A DNA stretch of 64,000 nt from Geosiphon pyriformis uo1. Its lineage: Eukaryota > Fungi > Glomeromycota. Positions 1 through 13,926 of this stretch are shown here, piece after piece. Position 1 is the stretch's first letter, and each line of letters opens with the position of its first letter. The notes beneath the pieces were generated by a model, which had not been told where the DNA came from, ran no database searches, and worked only from the letters and a program-made list of their open reading frames with translations. Location of the stretch: assembly GCA_016748015.1 (NCBI GenBank), contig JAAOMT010000523.1:378935-442934 (forward strand), given 5' to 3'. The translations under genes and the position numbers were made by a program.

Positions 1-59
1 CAACTGGCTGGTTGTTTCGCACAGGTCAACCTTCATTTGGCATCTATCATCTCTTCATT

Positions 60-720
60 TTATATTTAGGAAAGAAATTAAAACCAAAGTCATAGTTTTT
101 TCTTGATGAATTTTTTCTCCTTTTTCTAAATCAACAAATTTGTTCGCTTCCCCTAAATTACAGCCAATAAAAAAGTTATGACAATTTATCTTAGTTTAAT
201 ATTTTTTTATCAATTCTTTTAACATTTCTCCAATCTCATTCCAGGTTTTTTGGTCTATATTATTGATGTTAAGAGATAATTGTGCTTTGGTAAAGATAAT
301 CGCATAACCAGGAAATTTATCATTACATAATTTAACAATTACCTTGTTTTATTCAGCAATAATACTGTTCTTATTTGGAGAAAAAGCTTTGTTAATTTTT
401 TTTCTCTTGTCCAGAAGTCGTTTTTTTGTAATTTCTCTAATTTCTGTGCTTTTTTTGTCTTGAACAACATATTTTGGAACTATTTTCATGTAAAAATGCT
501 GTGGCATGTTTTGACCAGTTAGCTCTTTAATAGTAATGTTTAAATAATATTCTACTAGATTATAAATCCATTCAATTTTAGCAATGCTTTTCTATAAACA
601 TGGTAAAATATCAGCTCATTTTTGACTGATCAAAGTGCATAAATCTTCAGTGTATTATTTGATAATAATCACAGTATAAGTTTTGGAATTAGAATTGATA
701 GAAACAAAAACTATTTTATG
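60..720 (-). pseudogene. Degraded tandem HIT (histidine triad)-domain gene relic
   Basis: Manual minus-strand translation in one frame with several stops: ...TVIIIK*YTEDLCTLISQK*ADILPCL*KSIAKIEWIYNLVEYYLNITIKELTGQNMPQHFYMKIVPKY (motif at 516..469; cf. HIT consensus GQxVPHxHxHxIPRY). A second domain follows: IIAE*NKVIVKLCNDKFPGYAIIFTK...WNEIGEMLKELIKKY*...HNFFIGCNLGEA. Confidence 0.5.
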
Positions 721-1964
721 TTTTAAAACTAAACTTTTAAGTTGTTTTTTTTATTAAATAAGCATTGCTTAATACAAGTTATGTATTTTTTTCTGTCATA
801 ATATTTTTATAAACCACTCAATTTTTTAAAAATAATTTTCAACACAAAATTAAGATTTAAATAAATAATAAAAAGTTTTTTTTATTAATACACATTTTTT
901 TTAAGATGTTAATTGGCATTTATTTTTCTATTATTTATTGTTTTTAACTAAATTATTAAAAATATATCTTGTTTAAATTAAAGTTTTTTATATAATTTAA
1001 TAAATTTTTTTTAAGAATTATTTTTAAATAATTACAATTACAACTTATTTTTAAAAAACAAATAGTATTTTTATATTTAATAGAATTATTATTTATATAT
1101 AAATAATCTTATATATAGATTTTATTAATTTGTAATAAATTTAAATTATGATTTTTACATGTTTTTATTTTACTTTTTTGTTTAAAATTGTTATTTTAAA
1201 GTATTTATTTCTGGTTTAAAACATAATAAATTAAGAAAAAATAGAAATAAAAATGTAATATATTTTTTGTTTGTGAAATTATGTGCTTATTAATTAATAA
1301 AATGTTTTTTAAAACTTGGTTATATAAATTTAAAATTGCCAAAAACAAAGTTTTTAGGTTTTTTAAGTTAAAAAAATTTGTATTTATATAATTGTTTCTT
1401 AATAATTTAAGAACTTTGAAAATTCAAAAAATAATAATATTGAATTAATTTTTTTAACATAGAAAAAATTTATTAGATATAATTAAAAATTTATTAAATA
1501 AAAAAAATTATCAATTAATTTAATATTTTAAAAAATTTTAAAATTATGTGTAATAATATTTATAAACAAAGTAAATAATATAGTTTTAAATTTATTTTTT
1601 GTTTTCAAGTTGTTCAATTTTTATTAATCTTAGCTATACATATTAAATTTTTGGTAATTAAAAAAATTACTTAAAAGTTAATAAATTAGTTTAATTTAAT
1701 TTAGCAAATTTTATTACAGTTTTTTATTATAACTTAATTAATTATAATTGAATTAATACAACTTTTTTAAATTTGAATAAGACTAAAACAATTACTTTTT
1801 TAAAAATATTTATAAATTTTTTTTAATTTTTTTTTTTTTTTATTCATTTAACGAGTGAAATCCAACCACTACCTAGTACATAGAATCAAACCAAGTGGCT
1901 CAAACTAAATGTGATTCATGCACTTTCTACATGTGGCTAGCCACTTGGGCCAGACAAGGCAATA

Positions 1965-4900
1965 CTATACACTTAAACTAACACACAGATTACCATCCAA
2001 ACTAGAAAAAAAAAGACAAGGCCTACAACAGCCAAAACTTACAGCAAAAAACTCCACAATGCCAAGCAACCTGATCATGCCATCCAAAAGCATAGAAGTC
2101 ATGCAATGCAACAGTCCTAACACCAAACCATCATCACCAACCAAACCTGCCTTCTCCATGTCCACCCTAAATTTAAACTTAGCCAACCACACCTTAGATT
2201 GATGTAACTTAACCAAATACTTCACAAAGTCAACAACCACACCAGAAGCATACTTAACATTCTTAAAAATGCCAACAGCCTTTGCACACCAATCCTTAAG
2301 CACAAATCTTTTACACAAGACTGAATACAAGCCAACGTCTGACCAGCAGAGATCAAGAGTCCTCAAAACAGAGGAAGAAAATGAGTTACATGCACCAGCC
2401 ATAGAAATCCAACGAGCAGATACCTCTAACAGAATATCTTCCTGTACATAAATATCTTAAGAACAAGTAAAAACATGGTCGGGCAACTCCACCTCACTAC
2501 ATAACAAACACTGAACACCAGGATAACGTTTATTGTACAATCTTTTGCGAACAGCCACCAGCAATCTTTTATGTAAAGTCTTCATCAAGTATGTGCGAAG
2601 ACTCACCAATTTCTGGCTGGTAAATCCAGTAAGCATGTGCAAGTCAGAATGCCAAACCTGTGCAGAAATGTCCCAATCAAAATGCTGCAATAAAATAGCT
2701 GGAACCACATCATAACCTGGACCAGCCTCCCAACGAGCATGACAAACAGATCTAAAAACATCCCTAATGAAGTGACGAGCATTACCTGAAACTGCAGTAC
2801 CCTTAGCCAACAGAAAACACTCACGAACTCCAAATGGCAAAGAAATGGGAAAGCCAGCAGCCTTACCAGCCAGCACATCAGCTTGATCATTGCCAGGAAC
2901 TCCAGAATGACCCTTGATCTTAACCCAACTCACAGCAAGATCTTTATCTCTAATCAAATTGGCAACATGTCTTCTCTCAATCTAACAATGATTGCAAAAG
3001 TCAGAGACAACAAAAGCCAATTCAGACACACACGCATCAATGGCAGCTTCGCTGTCGAGATGCAAAACCACTAAACAAGAGGAAGGAATGCATTCCAGAG
3101 CAAGAGTTACAGCCTGCAATTCCGACAGAGTCGAAGATAAAAGCCCACATACACCAACACCAACTCCTGCATCCAAAGCAGGAAAATAAGCAGCAGCCCC
3201 ACTAACCATGCTGGAGGAGCCAGCTGATTTTAATGAACCATCAATATAAACATCCAAAGAGTCAGACCAAACTTCAAGCAGACCATCTCGCACAAAAGCA
3301 AACTGTTCAGAGTCTAAAACACTACAGCCCAAAGAACCACCAGCATCATCAGCAGCATGTGATGCCAAGCTCCTATCCAGCAAAAACTTATGCGTGACAT
3401 TGAACCAATGAGGCACAGGGCCTCTGGGATCAAGTTTTTTCCAATGATGAAAAGTCTTCCAATCCATTACAGTACTTTTTTTGTCAAGAAGTTTGTTATC
3501 AAAAACAACCCCAAAATGCTTCAGAGAATGAACACAACTAAGAAACAAGGACTTCCCCAAAATTATAGGCATAGAAAAAACACCAGAATCCCTAAAAGCA
3601 CTAAGCAGAATGTTTGCCAAAAACAGCTCACAATCCAAAGAAATTCTGACCATACCAGCTAAAAAATTGTTCACAGAACTAACATGCAGCTTAACTGAAA
3701 ACTGCAATGGATTCAAGGGTGTCTACCCAAGAACCTGCAAATCCAAGAAGCGATAGAGAAACAACCAACTAAGAATATCCAGAGCATTCGAAAAAGAGAT
3801 CACAGCAGCCACCTTGCTTTCGGACTGTATCTGATTGAAAGGCTTCAAGCCATAAAGAGAAGGATGATATAAAGCTTCATTCGGAAAGTCACAAGACAAG
3901 CAAGCCTTAGACCTGAGACTCTTCCTTACCAAAATGTCTCACTTGTGGCATATACTAAAGGAGACAAAACTAAACTGTGTTCTGTAACTAATAATTGGCT
4001 GCAAAACAGCTGAGACCAAATAAGAAAACTGCTTGTCCGTGATGGCTTTCCTGAGTACTACATTGGTAAAAAAATGGACATCCGAGTGCGCCTTGGCCAA
4101 ACTAGGTTTGGACAACCCTTCAGTCAACAAAAAGATTCTCAGGTACATGTGAGTCTTACCCTTTTTTGCTATAGAAATTGGCTGACCACTAATACTTAAT
4201 GAAACAATCTTGACACCCTGATTAATTGGAATGGCCACTGTCTTCTTATTATTAATTGAAATATCATTGATAGAAAAAAATTCACTAGCAATATTAAGAG
4301 CATACTGCGTGGAAGCCTGGCAATCTCTTACCCAAAAGCACCAGCAGCAAAAAAAGAGGACATCCCACCACTAATCTCAATTCTGCCAGTCCTTACCACA
4401 AACTTAGTGTCAATCCTGTATTCACACAAATATTCATGCCATTTGATCTTACACAATAGCGGATCATAGAAAATTCTCCAAAGAAGGGAGAAGAAAACCT
4501 CATCTTGATCCAAACCATCATGCACATGATAGCCATCTGACAGACCAAAATCTGTCATGACCCTGTTAACCCTATCATTGTGTATGCCACTAAAGAAACT
4601 AATAAACCTACTGCACATCTTGATGCACTTCAAGCTCACTTCCAAGTAGTACCACCCAACTGAATCATACGCTTTATTCATATTCTGCAACACTAACCAA
4701 AGTTCTCAATTTTTTTCCAAAGCATCCTCAACTACCGAGCTGACAGCAAACACTGGAGACTGAGTAGACATACCCTTTAAAACAAAAAAATTATCACCAC
4801 ACAGAACACCAAACTTGTTACAAACTGATGAAATTCTGTCAGAAAGAACCTTGAAGAGAATCTTCCTGGCAGTCTCAATCAGCGCAATAGGCTGAGTGTT

Positions 4901-6640
4901 TGTAAGAACCCCATCTCAGTCATAAAGTTTTGGAATTATCAAAACTCATGCTCTCCTCCACAAAGTAGGCACACCCCCAACAACCAGACATGTATTCAAC
5001 AGCTCCAGAAGACAACTCAATACCGCATTACCACCATGCTTCCACAGCTCATTAAGAATGCCAGACAAGCCAGCAGCCTTGCCATCAGGCAGACCTCCAA
5101 CAACTGAGAACAGTTTACCCAAACCAATTTTATGCATTATCCCAGAAAAAGCATCATCCTATACATGATTCAGAGGTGCATACTGGCAAGCTCAGAGTTT
5201 AGACACCACTGTAGACACCACCCACTTCCTTATCCATCCCACCATAATCTCGTTTATCTTAGACTTCACCTCCATAGGTTCCAGAACCAAACCATCATCA
5301 ACAACCAAATGATCAAGAATTACCTTGCAAAAAAGCCGATCCAATACATTCCTTATTATGCCCCTTTTATTAGAAGCAAAACTCTCTATGTGTTTCTTTA
5401 CAGCTCTCCTAATAAAAGCTTCCTCAGCCAACCTTGATTCAAACATCTTCGACTTCCTGTATTCTTTATGACTTAATGACAGATACTTAAAAAGAACCAT
5501 ACTACTTACATCCAATCTAACCAAATCAGAGAATGCGCAAGCTTTGGCCTCATCCAAAGTAGACCATTTCTTCACGAGACGATCAACTTCAAGCACGTCA
5601 CCAGTGCAAACCACACCAACAATCTTGACAACAAGTAACTCCAATCCAAAGAACTTTGAAGAATGCTTATTTCTAGAACATTGAAATTCACTAAACCATT
5701 GTCTGGAAAAAATCTCATCAGTAGACTCAACCATCACTTTTCCTAAAATTGCCCATATAGTATCCAAATCACCACCAGCTTTGGCATCATAGAAGAGGTC
5801 TTTGATTAACAGAAGCTTAGCTGAAACACAATTCCTAAACTCAGACCACTTGGAAGCATCTGCATCCTTGACCTTGAACTTCCAACAATTCTTATTAGCC
5901 TACTTGCACAAACTATTCAACTGAACATCTAAAAGTCCACCCAAATCAACTGACACCATGACAGTCTTGTGGTCTGTATCAAAAAATTCTGAGACTGACC
6001 CAACCCAATGCTTAGCAACAGCAGAAGACAGATTCTCACTAACCAAAATATAATCAATAGTTTTTTCTATCTCTCTCGAGTTGCTTCACGTAGAAGTTTT
6101 TGCCAACTGATGGCCAACAAGCGAATTGACCAGACTAAGACCCAAGTAAAACCCATAACTCGCACTTCTCCCAGATTCATTTTTGTTAAAATTCCCACCC
6201 AAGACAACAAAATTGCTGGCATTAACAGCCTTAGCAATGAATGAATTAACTTCAGATGCCTGCCTAAAATGAATGCCCAAAGATGCACCAGCGTACAAAC
6301 CAAGTATAATCACCGAAAGCTTGCCTTTGAACAAAAGACACACCAAAATAACTTGACCAGAAATCTCTTCAATCTTAGAAACATGTTAAGCCAATGAACT
6401 GTTCATAATAATCGCAACCCCAGCACCAACGAAACCCTTATCCAATCCTGAAAAAAAAATTCACACTCCGTTGAACTTATCTGCAATTCATAGTCTAGTA
6501 GAAGACCTCAACTTTGTTTTCATGATGAACAAGACCAAATTGCCAGAATTGTGATGCCAACATACAACATTCTCCTGCTTGGCAAGAACATTGATTCTAT
6601 GAACATTACATGTAGCAAATTTCCAAACCAGACTGCTCAT
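1965..6640 (-). pseudogene. LINE ORF2: AP endonuclease - reverse transcriptase - RNase H - C-terminal zinc finger
   Basis: APE start KFATCNV and LGGNFN (GDFN). RT motifs LQNMNKAYDSVGW and GLDQDEVFFSLLW; the catalytic DD is deleted near 4335. RNase H YIDGS...SELQA...DSEAA...KIKGHSGVPGNDQAD. Zinc finger CLLCSEVELPDHVFTC. Confidence 0.9.
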
Positions 6641-8475
6641 TGAGATGAAAGCAATAAAGAAGAACCCGAATCAGAACACAAAAGATCCAATCTCACCAAA
6701 ACAGAACCAACTGAAGCCTCCAGAGCCAACATTTTAGACTCCAAGCCACCCACTTTGGTGGTCAGAACCTTTGAACTACTTGAACTAAAACCTGCATCCA
6801 ATTCAGCATTTGAGGAAGGGGGTGAGGGTGACATCAACATGCCATCCAAAACTATATCTGAGTTCAAAACAGGAGCCACAGGTACAGAGCCAACCAAAGA
6901 AGAAGTATCAGAAGATGGCACCATGGACACCAATTCAACAAAATTCAATTTCCTAAGAATGCCAGAAACCTGGTCAGCCAAAAGTTTAAGAGAGTGCTCC
7001 AAAGATGCCAACCGAGCATCCAAGGGAGACCCATTAATTGGAGAGAAGGGAGCACCACCAACCAAACCCAAAGCACCTGACAAAGAGGGGCCAAAACCAA
7101 AACCAGAACCAGAGGAAGAACCACCAGCAGAGGAAGCAAGAGAGACCATCTGAGTCCAAGATTTGCTACCAAAGGCAGCAGGGTGAGAGATAGGAACATT
7201 TTTCTTTACATATAACTTGGCTAAATAAAAGTGATCTGCACTGAAAAAATGTCTTTTTTTTTTCAAAACAATAGAAGGCACAGGAATAAAAACATCAGAA
7301 GCATCATATTTCAAGACTGAATGTCCAAATCTCCCATACTTTTCGCACCAAACTAAGTCTAACCTAGTCCAAGAAAGTTTTACACCACCAAAAATCGGTT
7401 CCATGCAAAAAGCAGCTTCCAGCTTCTCCTCAGAATCAAAACCAACCACAGCACAGCAAACCCTATTGCCTGTTTCAAATGACCGATTGATAATGCAAGT
7501 TTTCCCGTCAGCCTGCTTTAACAGATTGCCAAGATCATAAGCTGTCGTTCCTACTGGCAAAGTAAACAACAGTGCTCTGAACTGATCTCTAGAAGCCCAA
7601 GTTTTGCGATCTCCTACAGCCATAGTCACACGCACCAAATCTTTCCCAATTAGGAACAACCACTTAGAAGCCAATTGCACTGCCTGTTCTGATTTGGCAA
7701 ACTCAACCACAGCCTTCTGCTATAGCCCAACCAGTTGTATGCAGATTGACTTAATTTCTTCAAATTCAGCTACTGCAGTGATGATCATGTTCTTAGGTAT
7801 ATCTATGGTAATTTTCTTGATTACTATGGCCCGATCTGAGCAAATTCCTTGTCTTTTGAGATCATTGTTTACAATGATCCCCTTTTTCCTAGCCAATGAT
7901 GCAGTTCTTTCCATGCTTTCTTCTGACATGAATGTAGATCTGATAATCCCTTCAAATTTTGAGGGAGTAGTGGCCCTTCCAAAACCATTGATTCCTGAAA
8001 ATAATTTCCTTATGATCTGAGTTTTGGCTGTTGCCGATTTCTTTTCTATAGGCAAAAGATTAATGTCCAAAGTGAATGATTTTTTCATGGTGACTTCCAC
8101 TTGAGTTTTAATGATTTTGGGATCCACTCACACCTTATCCAAAGAGAAAGACTTACAGGAGGGAAGAGAAACTTCCTCTTTTTCCTCCATGTCATAATTA
8201 ATAGAGCCGAAAGGAGAGCCAACAGTCACACTATTATTGAAACGCTTGGCTTGAGGCATATTCATTCTGGAATCAGGTACTTCTTCACCTTTGGAAACTT
8301 TTCTATCAGTATCCATGCCATTAAACTGCCTAACCACACAACCAGACCCACCACTTTTGAGAGTTGCATTACTACTTGAGAGCTTGATACCACCAGAGAG
8401 TTTCTTAATTTTATGATTTGAACCACCACCAATTGAAACTCTGGCTGACTTTTTCTTAACATTAGGGCCACTCAT
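6637..8475 (-). pseudogene. LINE ORF1 (nucleic-acid chaperone): RRM-like region, degenerate zinc knuckle, C-terminal coiled coils
   Basis: ORFs 8128..8475, 7720..8127 and 6637..7710 lie in one frame separated by stops. Degenerate knuckle CEKYGRFGHSVLKY (copy 2 has CTRCKQFGHVMINC). Heptads RLASLEHSLKLLADQV and VGGLESKMLALEASV. Confidence 0.85.
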
Positions 8476-9762
8476 AGTGGCAGCTGAACTGACAATGAAA
8501 GGATTTGTTTCTTGTGAAATGGTGGAAGACAGTATATAAAAAAACAGAAAAACTTCTTTTAAAATTTTGACTCTTTTTTAGAAATTTGGGACAAAAGAGA
8601 GAAAGAAGTTTTTTTTGTCTAATATTTTTTTTTTTTTTTTTTTTAATAATTATTATTCAATCTAAATAAATATCTTGTTTTTAAGATTGTTGTTTACTAA
8701 TATTTCTTTATTAATAGTCAATATTATAGTTTTTTTCAAACTTTTTTTAAAAGTTAATATAAATTTAATAATATTTTGAAATTTTAAAAAAGTGATAAAT
8801 TTTTTAAAATCATTTATAATTAAGAATAATTTTCTAATACTTAATACTTTTTTATATTATTTTTATTTTTAATTGTCAAAAAATTAATGTTTAAAACAAA
8901 CAATTTTTTAATAATAATAATATTTAATTTTTTTAATTACTATAAAATTTAATTATCCAAATTTTAAAACAATAAAACATAAAAATAAAAAAAATATGCT
9001 TTTATTTTTAGAATTATAGAAAATAATATTTTTTTATTAATTAAATTTTTTTGGTTAAATTTTTAATTTTAATAAATATTATTTAAAAATTTAATTATTT
9101 ATTTTTATTAATACAGTTTTAAAACTTTATAAATAATATTACTATTTTTTTGATTAATTTTTAGAACATATTGTTAAAAATATATGTTTTTGATAAAAAA
9201 TTACTGTAAAACATTAAAAAAAAATTAATAAAAGCCCAAATTTATAAAATAAAGATTTTTACATTTTTTTTTACAATACATTTTATATATATTTAATTAT
9301 TGATTACAGTTAAAATCCTAATAACTTTAATTTTGCTTAAATTGAAATAATACATTGTGTTTAATATAAAAATCAAGATACTTGAACTATTTTTATTTTA
9401 AGGTAATAATTAAAACTTTAGAAAAAAATTTAGAAAAATAACATTAAATTAATAATATAAAACCAATTTTTTTTTATATTACAACTATAATATGAATATC
9501 AATCTTTTTTATAAAATAGAGAACTGTGTTAATAGTATAAAAATTTTTCAATACAATAAAAATTTTAGCATTAATCAAAGTTTGTAAGAAGTATAGAAAA
9601 AATTTTAAGTATCACTATTGATGACGTTGATAGAAAACAAAGAATTTATTTGTTTTGAGCAAACAAGCAAGATCAGCCTCGTAATTATAGATATAAACAG
9701 AGATTAGAAAAAAAAAATAGTTTCTAATCTCTTTGGAGTTATAATAATCAAATTCTAAACTT

Positions 9763-10609
9763 ATGTTAAAACCCCAAATCAGTAATACTATAGGTCTCGC
9801 CCTTTGCATATGGTTAACTTTAAGGAAACTAAAGTAAGTCGCCAAAAAATCAACCAATTTTGATTTCATCTGATTTAATCTTTATTATTAGCCCCCAATT
9901 ACCTGAAATACTAGGAAATATAAACAATGTTTTATCAAGAGTTAATCAAAGATGGAGCCTTGAAGAAACCAAACTCCTTTTTGAGGCACATAAAGTTTTT
10001 GGTCCAAAATGGCAATTAATTTCACAAAAGCAATTTCCCTTAAGAACAGCTCAATCTCTCGAAAGTAAATGGTATAACTTAAAAGCAATTATCAACCAGA
10101 AACGTAACGTAAATTCAAAAAAGTGGACGCCGGAAGAGGACAAAGAGCTTTATATAGCTGTCACACAATATTCGTTCAATAAAAGAGTTGATTGGAAAGC
10201 TATTTTATTAACTGGTCATTTTCCTGGAAGAAGTAATCATGACTTATACACTCGATATCACAATGTTTTAGCGCATCCAAAACGTGGCCCATGGACTAAG
10301 CAAGAAAACGAAAAACTTCAGAGTTTAGTTCAGAGTCATGGAAAAAAATGGACAGATATAAGTCATAACCTTCAAAGGCCCGCTTGCTTGATTCAAATAC
10401 ATTACAATAACTTCTTGGCACCTGGGATGAAAATGGGTCGATGGACAGACGAAGAGTTTTATCAATTAGCTAAAGCTTTTCAAGATTATGGTGAGAATTG
10501 GGAACAAATACAAAGATTATTCCCAGGAAGACCCTTAGGTCAAATAAAACGTCATTGTCTTCGCTCACCCAAAATTCAAATAAAGGGAAAAAAATCTCAG
10601 CAAACATAA
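9763..10609 (+). CDS. Myb/SANT-repeat DNA-binding protein (4 repeats); probable exons 9763-9833 and 9892-10609
   Basis: Four Myb repeats: RWSLEET, KWTPEED, PWTKQEN, RWTDEEF, each with regularly spaced Trp. Intron GTAAGT(9834)...TTAG(9891) joins ATG 9763 in phase with the long ORF. Confidence 0.85.
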
Positions 10610-11756
10610 AGTTTAACCCAATCATTTAGCAGTCTTTTTTTTCATATACTGTTAATAATATATGCACTTATCGTTCAAAAGTTTTTAGCCAGCTGATTTA
10701 GATCCGCAACATTTAATAATTCATTTTTTTATCTTTATTGCCAGTGATTTATAAAATAGTTTTTTATCTATTATAATTATTATTATTTTGAAGAAAACAA
10801 ACAACCTAAATATATACTCAAAACCCTATATTTAATTTAGTAAAAGAATCATAAGAAAAGTAAAAAATTTAAAATCATGTCTCAAGGGTTTCTATTCTTT
10901 ACTATATTAAAAAACATTTAATATCAATGAATTAATTAGCGTTTTTCGAATTGTTCAGTAATTAATGAGTGTTTCTAAAAACTTCAATAATTCTACCCAA
11001 TAATCAATAATTTTATCAAGGAATTTATTAAAGAATTAATTTTAATTTTTAATATTGTCCCAACTAAATAGACTAAAACTTTAAAAAATATTAATATTGC
11101 TGACTAAATTCTAGGTTAAATTTAGGTAATAGAAGAGCTTATTGCTATAAAAATACTTTGAAATCGAAAACCTCATTTAAAGTAAAGTTGCCAGCATTTT
11201 GCAATGTTTTAGTGAAAAATTTAAATTTGAAATTTGCGGGTTGATTAATGAAATATTATTATTATTATTATTATTTACATTTGAGCTTTTTGAAGAATAT
11301 AATAAAAGTGTATATTTCAAAAATAAAGAAGTAAAAACCAAAAAAAGCTCATTTTTATCGAAATGTTTAAAAGTTATATTTTTTATAATTATTTAAAAGT
11401 GTCACAATTTTACTGGTTAAAATACCTGATACCCGGAATACTTAGCTCATGAAAAACAGATTAAGTGTATACCAATAATACAAACATTATCATAAATAAC
11501 AAATAAACCAAGATTTATATAATAAAAAGTATAGATTATCATTATGTTGATACTAAATTGAAAGGTCTTGCATAATAGTAACAGACACTCTCTTTCTGGA
11601 CGTAAAAGCTTGTCTTAATGTAAGTACTATTTTGTAAACTAATAATGCCATTGGTTAAATGTTCATTTTTCATAATATTTTATAGTTTAAGAGATTAAAT
11701 TAAGAAATATTGCAGAGAAAAAACATTTAAATATTTAGAAAGTTTTTTGGTAAAGG

Positions 11757-11759
<3 letters not shown>

Positions 11760-11837
<78 letters not shown>

Positions 11838-11846
11838 TATTATTAT
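11760..11846. repeat. (TTA)n microsatellite
   Basis: Long near-perfect ATT/TTA run with two ATC interruptions. Confidence 0.95.
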
Positions 11847-12867
11847 AGATTTTCCTTTATATATAAATAAATTTTTTAAAAAAATGATTTATTTGTTATT
11901 TTTTGGTCAATTCTTGTAACTAAATAAAATTTTATTATTTATTATTTTTTAGTCAATTCTTATAATTAAATAAAATTTTATTATTTGTGTGCTTTTACAA
12001 AGTGTGATAACTATCTACATAATAGAAGTAATCAGTCATTTTTATTATTTTAAGAGTAGTTTTTTATATATATAATATTTTTTTCTTATTAATATTTTTT
12101 CTATAAAACTAACTTCAAATTTAAGAAATATCTATAAAAATTTTTTATAAAATAATTTTAAATAAACTTATTTTAAAATATTAAAGAATATATATATATA
12201 TATACATTAATTTCTATTCAATTTAAATAATTATATATAATTATTTCATTCTGTAAATTGTATATTCTTTTGAAAAGAATTTTGTTTATTATATATATAA
12301 TCAATACATATTGCTATTATTTTATATTTCTACCCACGAAACTGAGACCGACCCTTTGCTTTCTTATTTAGATACAGACACCGTTCATCCTTTTTTGAAT
12401 AAATATTATTATTGATTTTTGATATCTGATTATTATTTTTTATTTTATTTTATTTTTGCAAAGATGCAAAGAAAATGGGGTAAGACAAATTTGTGGTGTT
12501 CAGCAGTTTTGAACCCTTGAAATCTTTCTGTGATGCTATGTTCACTTTGTCTGGTTTTGTTGCAGCATGCCCCATATTAAAAAATATCAGCAAACAATAC
12601 ATTAATGTAATGACATAAGCAAATACCTTCTTGGTAACACTAACCCATGATAATCTTACTGTTTCAGACTGTACCTCATCAGTTTCAAAGATGAAGCAAT
12701 AAAAATACCTCTTTTAAAATTTACCGAACGGTATTTCGTGTCAATATTGGCAATACGTAAGTTACGAAAATCCTCGGTTGAAAAATTCTAAGCGCCAGGC
12801 GTTTTCATTGTGCTGTTGAACGTGTTGAAAAATCCTTCAACTTTATTAAGATTAAAATTTTTACGAA

Positions 12868-13926
12868 ATGACAAACAACACAACGTACAACCAATACTCA
12901 TACATCTCACAACTTAACTCTTTATCCCCGGTAAACTCAACTTCAACTGAGATGTCGCCAGACGATTTAGAAGCCGAGTATGAATTTTGGAGCAATACCG
13001 AATTTTTTGATGCGCCAACTGATGATATTGCAATGCTAGACAACTTTCCACTGTCAAAGCGTAGCAATAGACGGAAACTACAAGCAGCAGCCACTGCTGT
13101 CTCTGTACAAAACTCAGGTTATCAAAACTTAGAGTTCATGACTCATCAGTTGGCAGCACTCCATCAAACCCAACAACCCTCGCCTTCCGTATCTACCATC
13201 CCACCGTTTATTGCTTATGGCACTACTCCCCCACCAATACCCAATTCACCTCTACAACAATCCATGATCGCTATACCATCACCACCGCATAGTGCAACAA
13301 GTTGTCATTCACCCACCGCTTCAAACTTTCCAGCATTTCACCCTGGATCAATGACAAATGTTATGCTCACAAACAACAATCTTTTGAATAGCGGCGTAGA
13401 CTCCATAGAACCCATGTCAAAGCGACCGAGAATTAGCCCAATTTCAATTCCTCATCATCAACATCCACAACATAACCCACACTCACATCCAATACATCAT
13501 TCTCATCCTGGCTCTTCTCCAAGCTCCTCATCACGTCAATCTTCTGTTGATTCATTAGACTTCTCGCATTCTATTCCATATAATTTTAACAATGAATATG
13601 AAGCTTCATTGGATTCTGAGTTTCATGCAAAATTCACTGCCGATGAAGATAAAAGGAGACGAAACACAGCTGCATCAGCTAGGTTCCGTGTAAAAAAAAA
13701 GATGCGTGAGCAAGCTCTTGAGCGAACTGCTAAGGACATGACTACTAAAGCTGAAGTCCTCGAAGGCAGAGTAAAGGAATTAGAATTAGAGATTAAGTGG
13801 CTGAGAGGCTTGATCGTCGAAAAAGATGCCAGGCTTTTGGATATAAAGCGTCCCGAAAAAAGAAAAGAAACTGATGGCGAATTGCCTAAAGAATTATCAA
13901 AAAATCAAACGGCTCAAGAACAATGA
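12868..13926 (+). CDS. metR: bZIP transcription factor, MetR/Cys-3/Zip1 sulfur-regulator family
   Basis: Basic region and zipper EDKRRRNTAASARFRVKKKMREQALE...LELEIKWLRGLIVEK, typical of Cys-3/MetR/Zip1. N-terminal motif EFWSNTEFFD. Intronless 352-aa ORF. Confidence 0.85.
   Translation: MTNNTTYNQYSYISQLNSLSPVNSTSTEMSPDDLEAEYEFWSNTEFFDAPTDDIAMLDNFPLSKRSNRRKLQAAATAVSVQNSGYQNLEFMTHQLAALHQTQQPSPSVSTIPPFIAYGTTPPPIPNSPLQQSMIAIPSPPHSATSCHSPTASNFPAFHPGSMTNVMLTNNNLLNSGVDSIEPMSKRPRISPISIPHHQHPQHNPHSHPIHHSHPGSSPSSSSRQSSVDSLDFSHSIPYNFNNEYEASLDSEFHAKFTADEDKRRRNTAASARFRVKKKMREQALERTAKDMTTKAEVLEGRVKELELEIKWLRGLIVEKDARLLDIKRPEKRKETDGELPKELSKNQTAQEQ

Larger units (their letters stand above)
1827..8620 (-). 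mobile_element. Full-length inactivated non-LTR retrotransposon (LINE copy 1)
   Basis: ORF1 fragments 8475..6637; ORF2 fragments 6640..1965; 3' UTR 1964..1842; poly(A) tail seen as T15 at 1827-1841. Many in-frame stops. Collinear with the copy at 20069-26919. Confidence 0.95.

Noticed and set aside
1918-8379. Plus-strand ORFs overlapping LINE copy 1 (and minus-strand ORFs within copy 2)
   Set aside because: Antisense shadows or alternative frames of the LINE coding sequence, with no recognisable motifs.
1810-8650. TSD for LINE copy 1
   Set aside because: Both ends lie in T-runs (TTTTTTTTAAT occurs on each side), too low in complexity to call.
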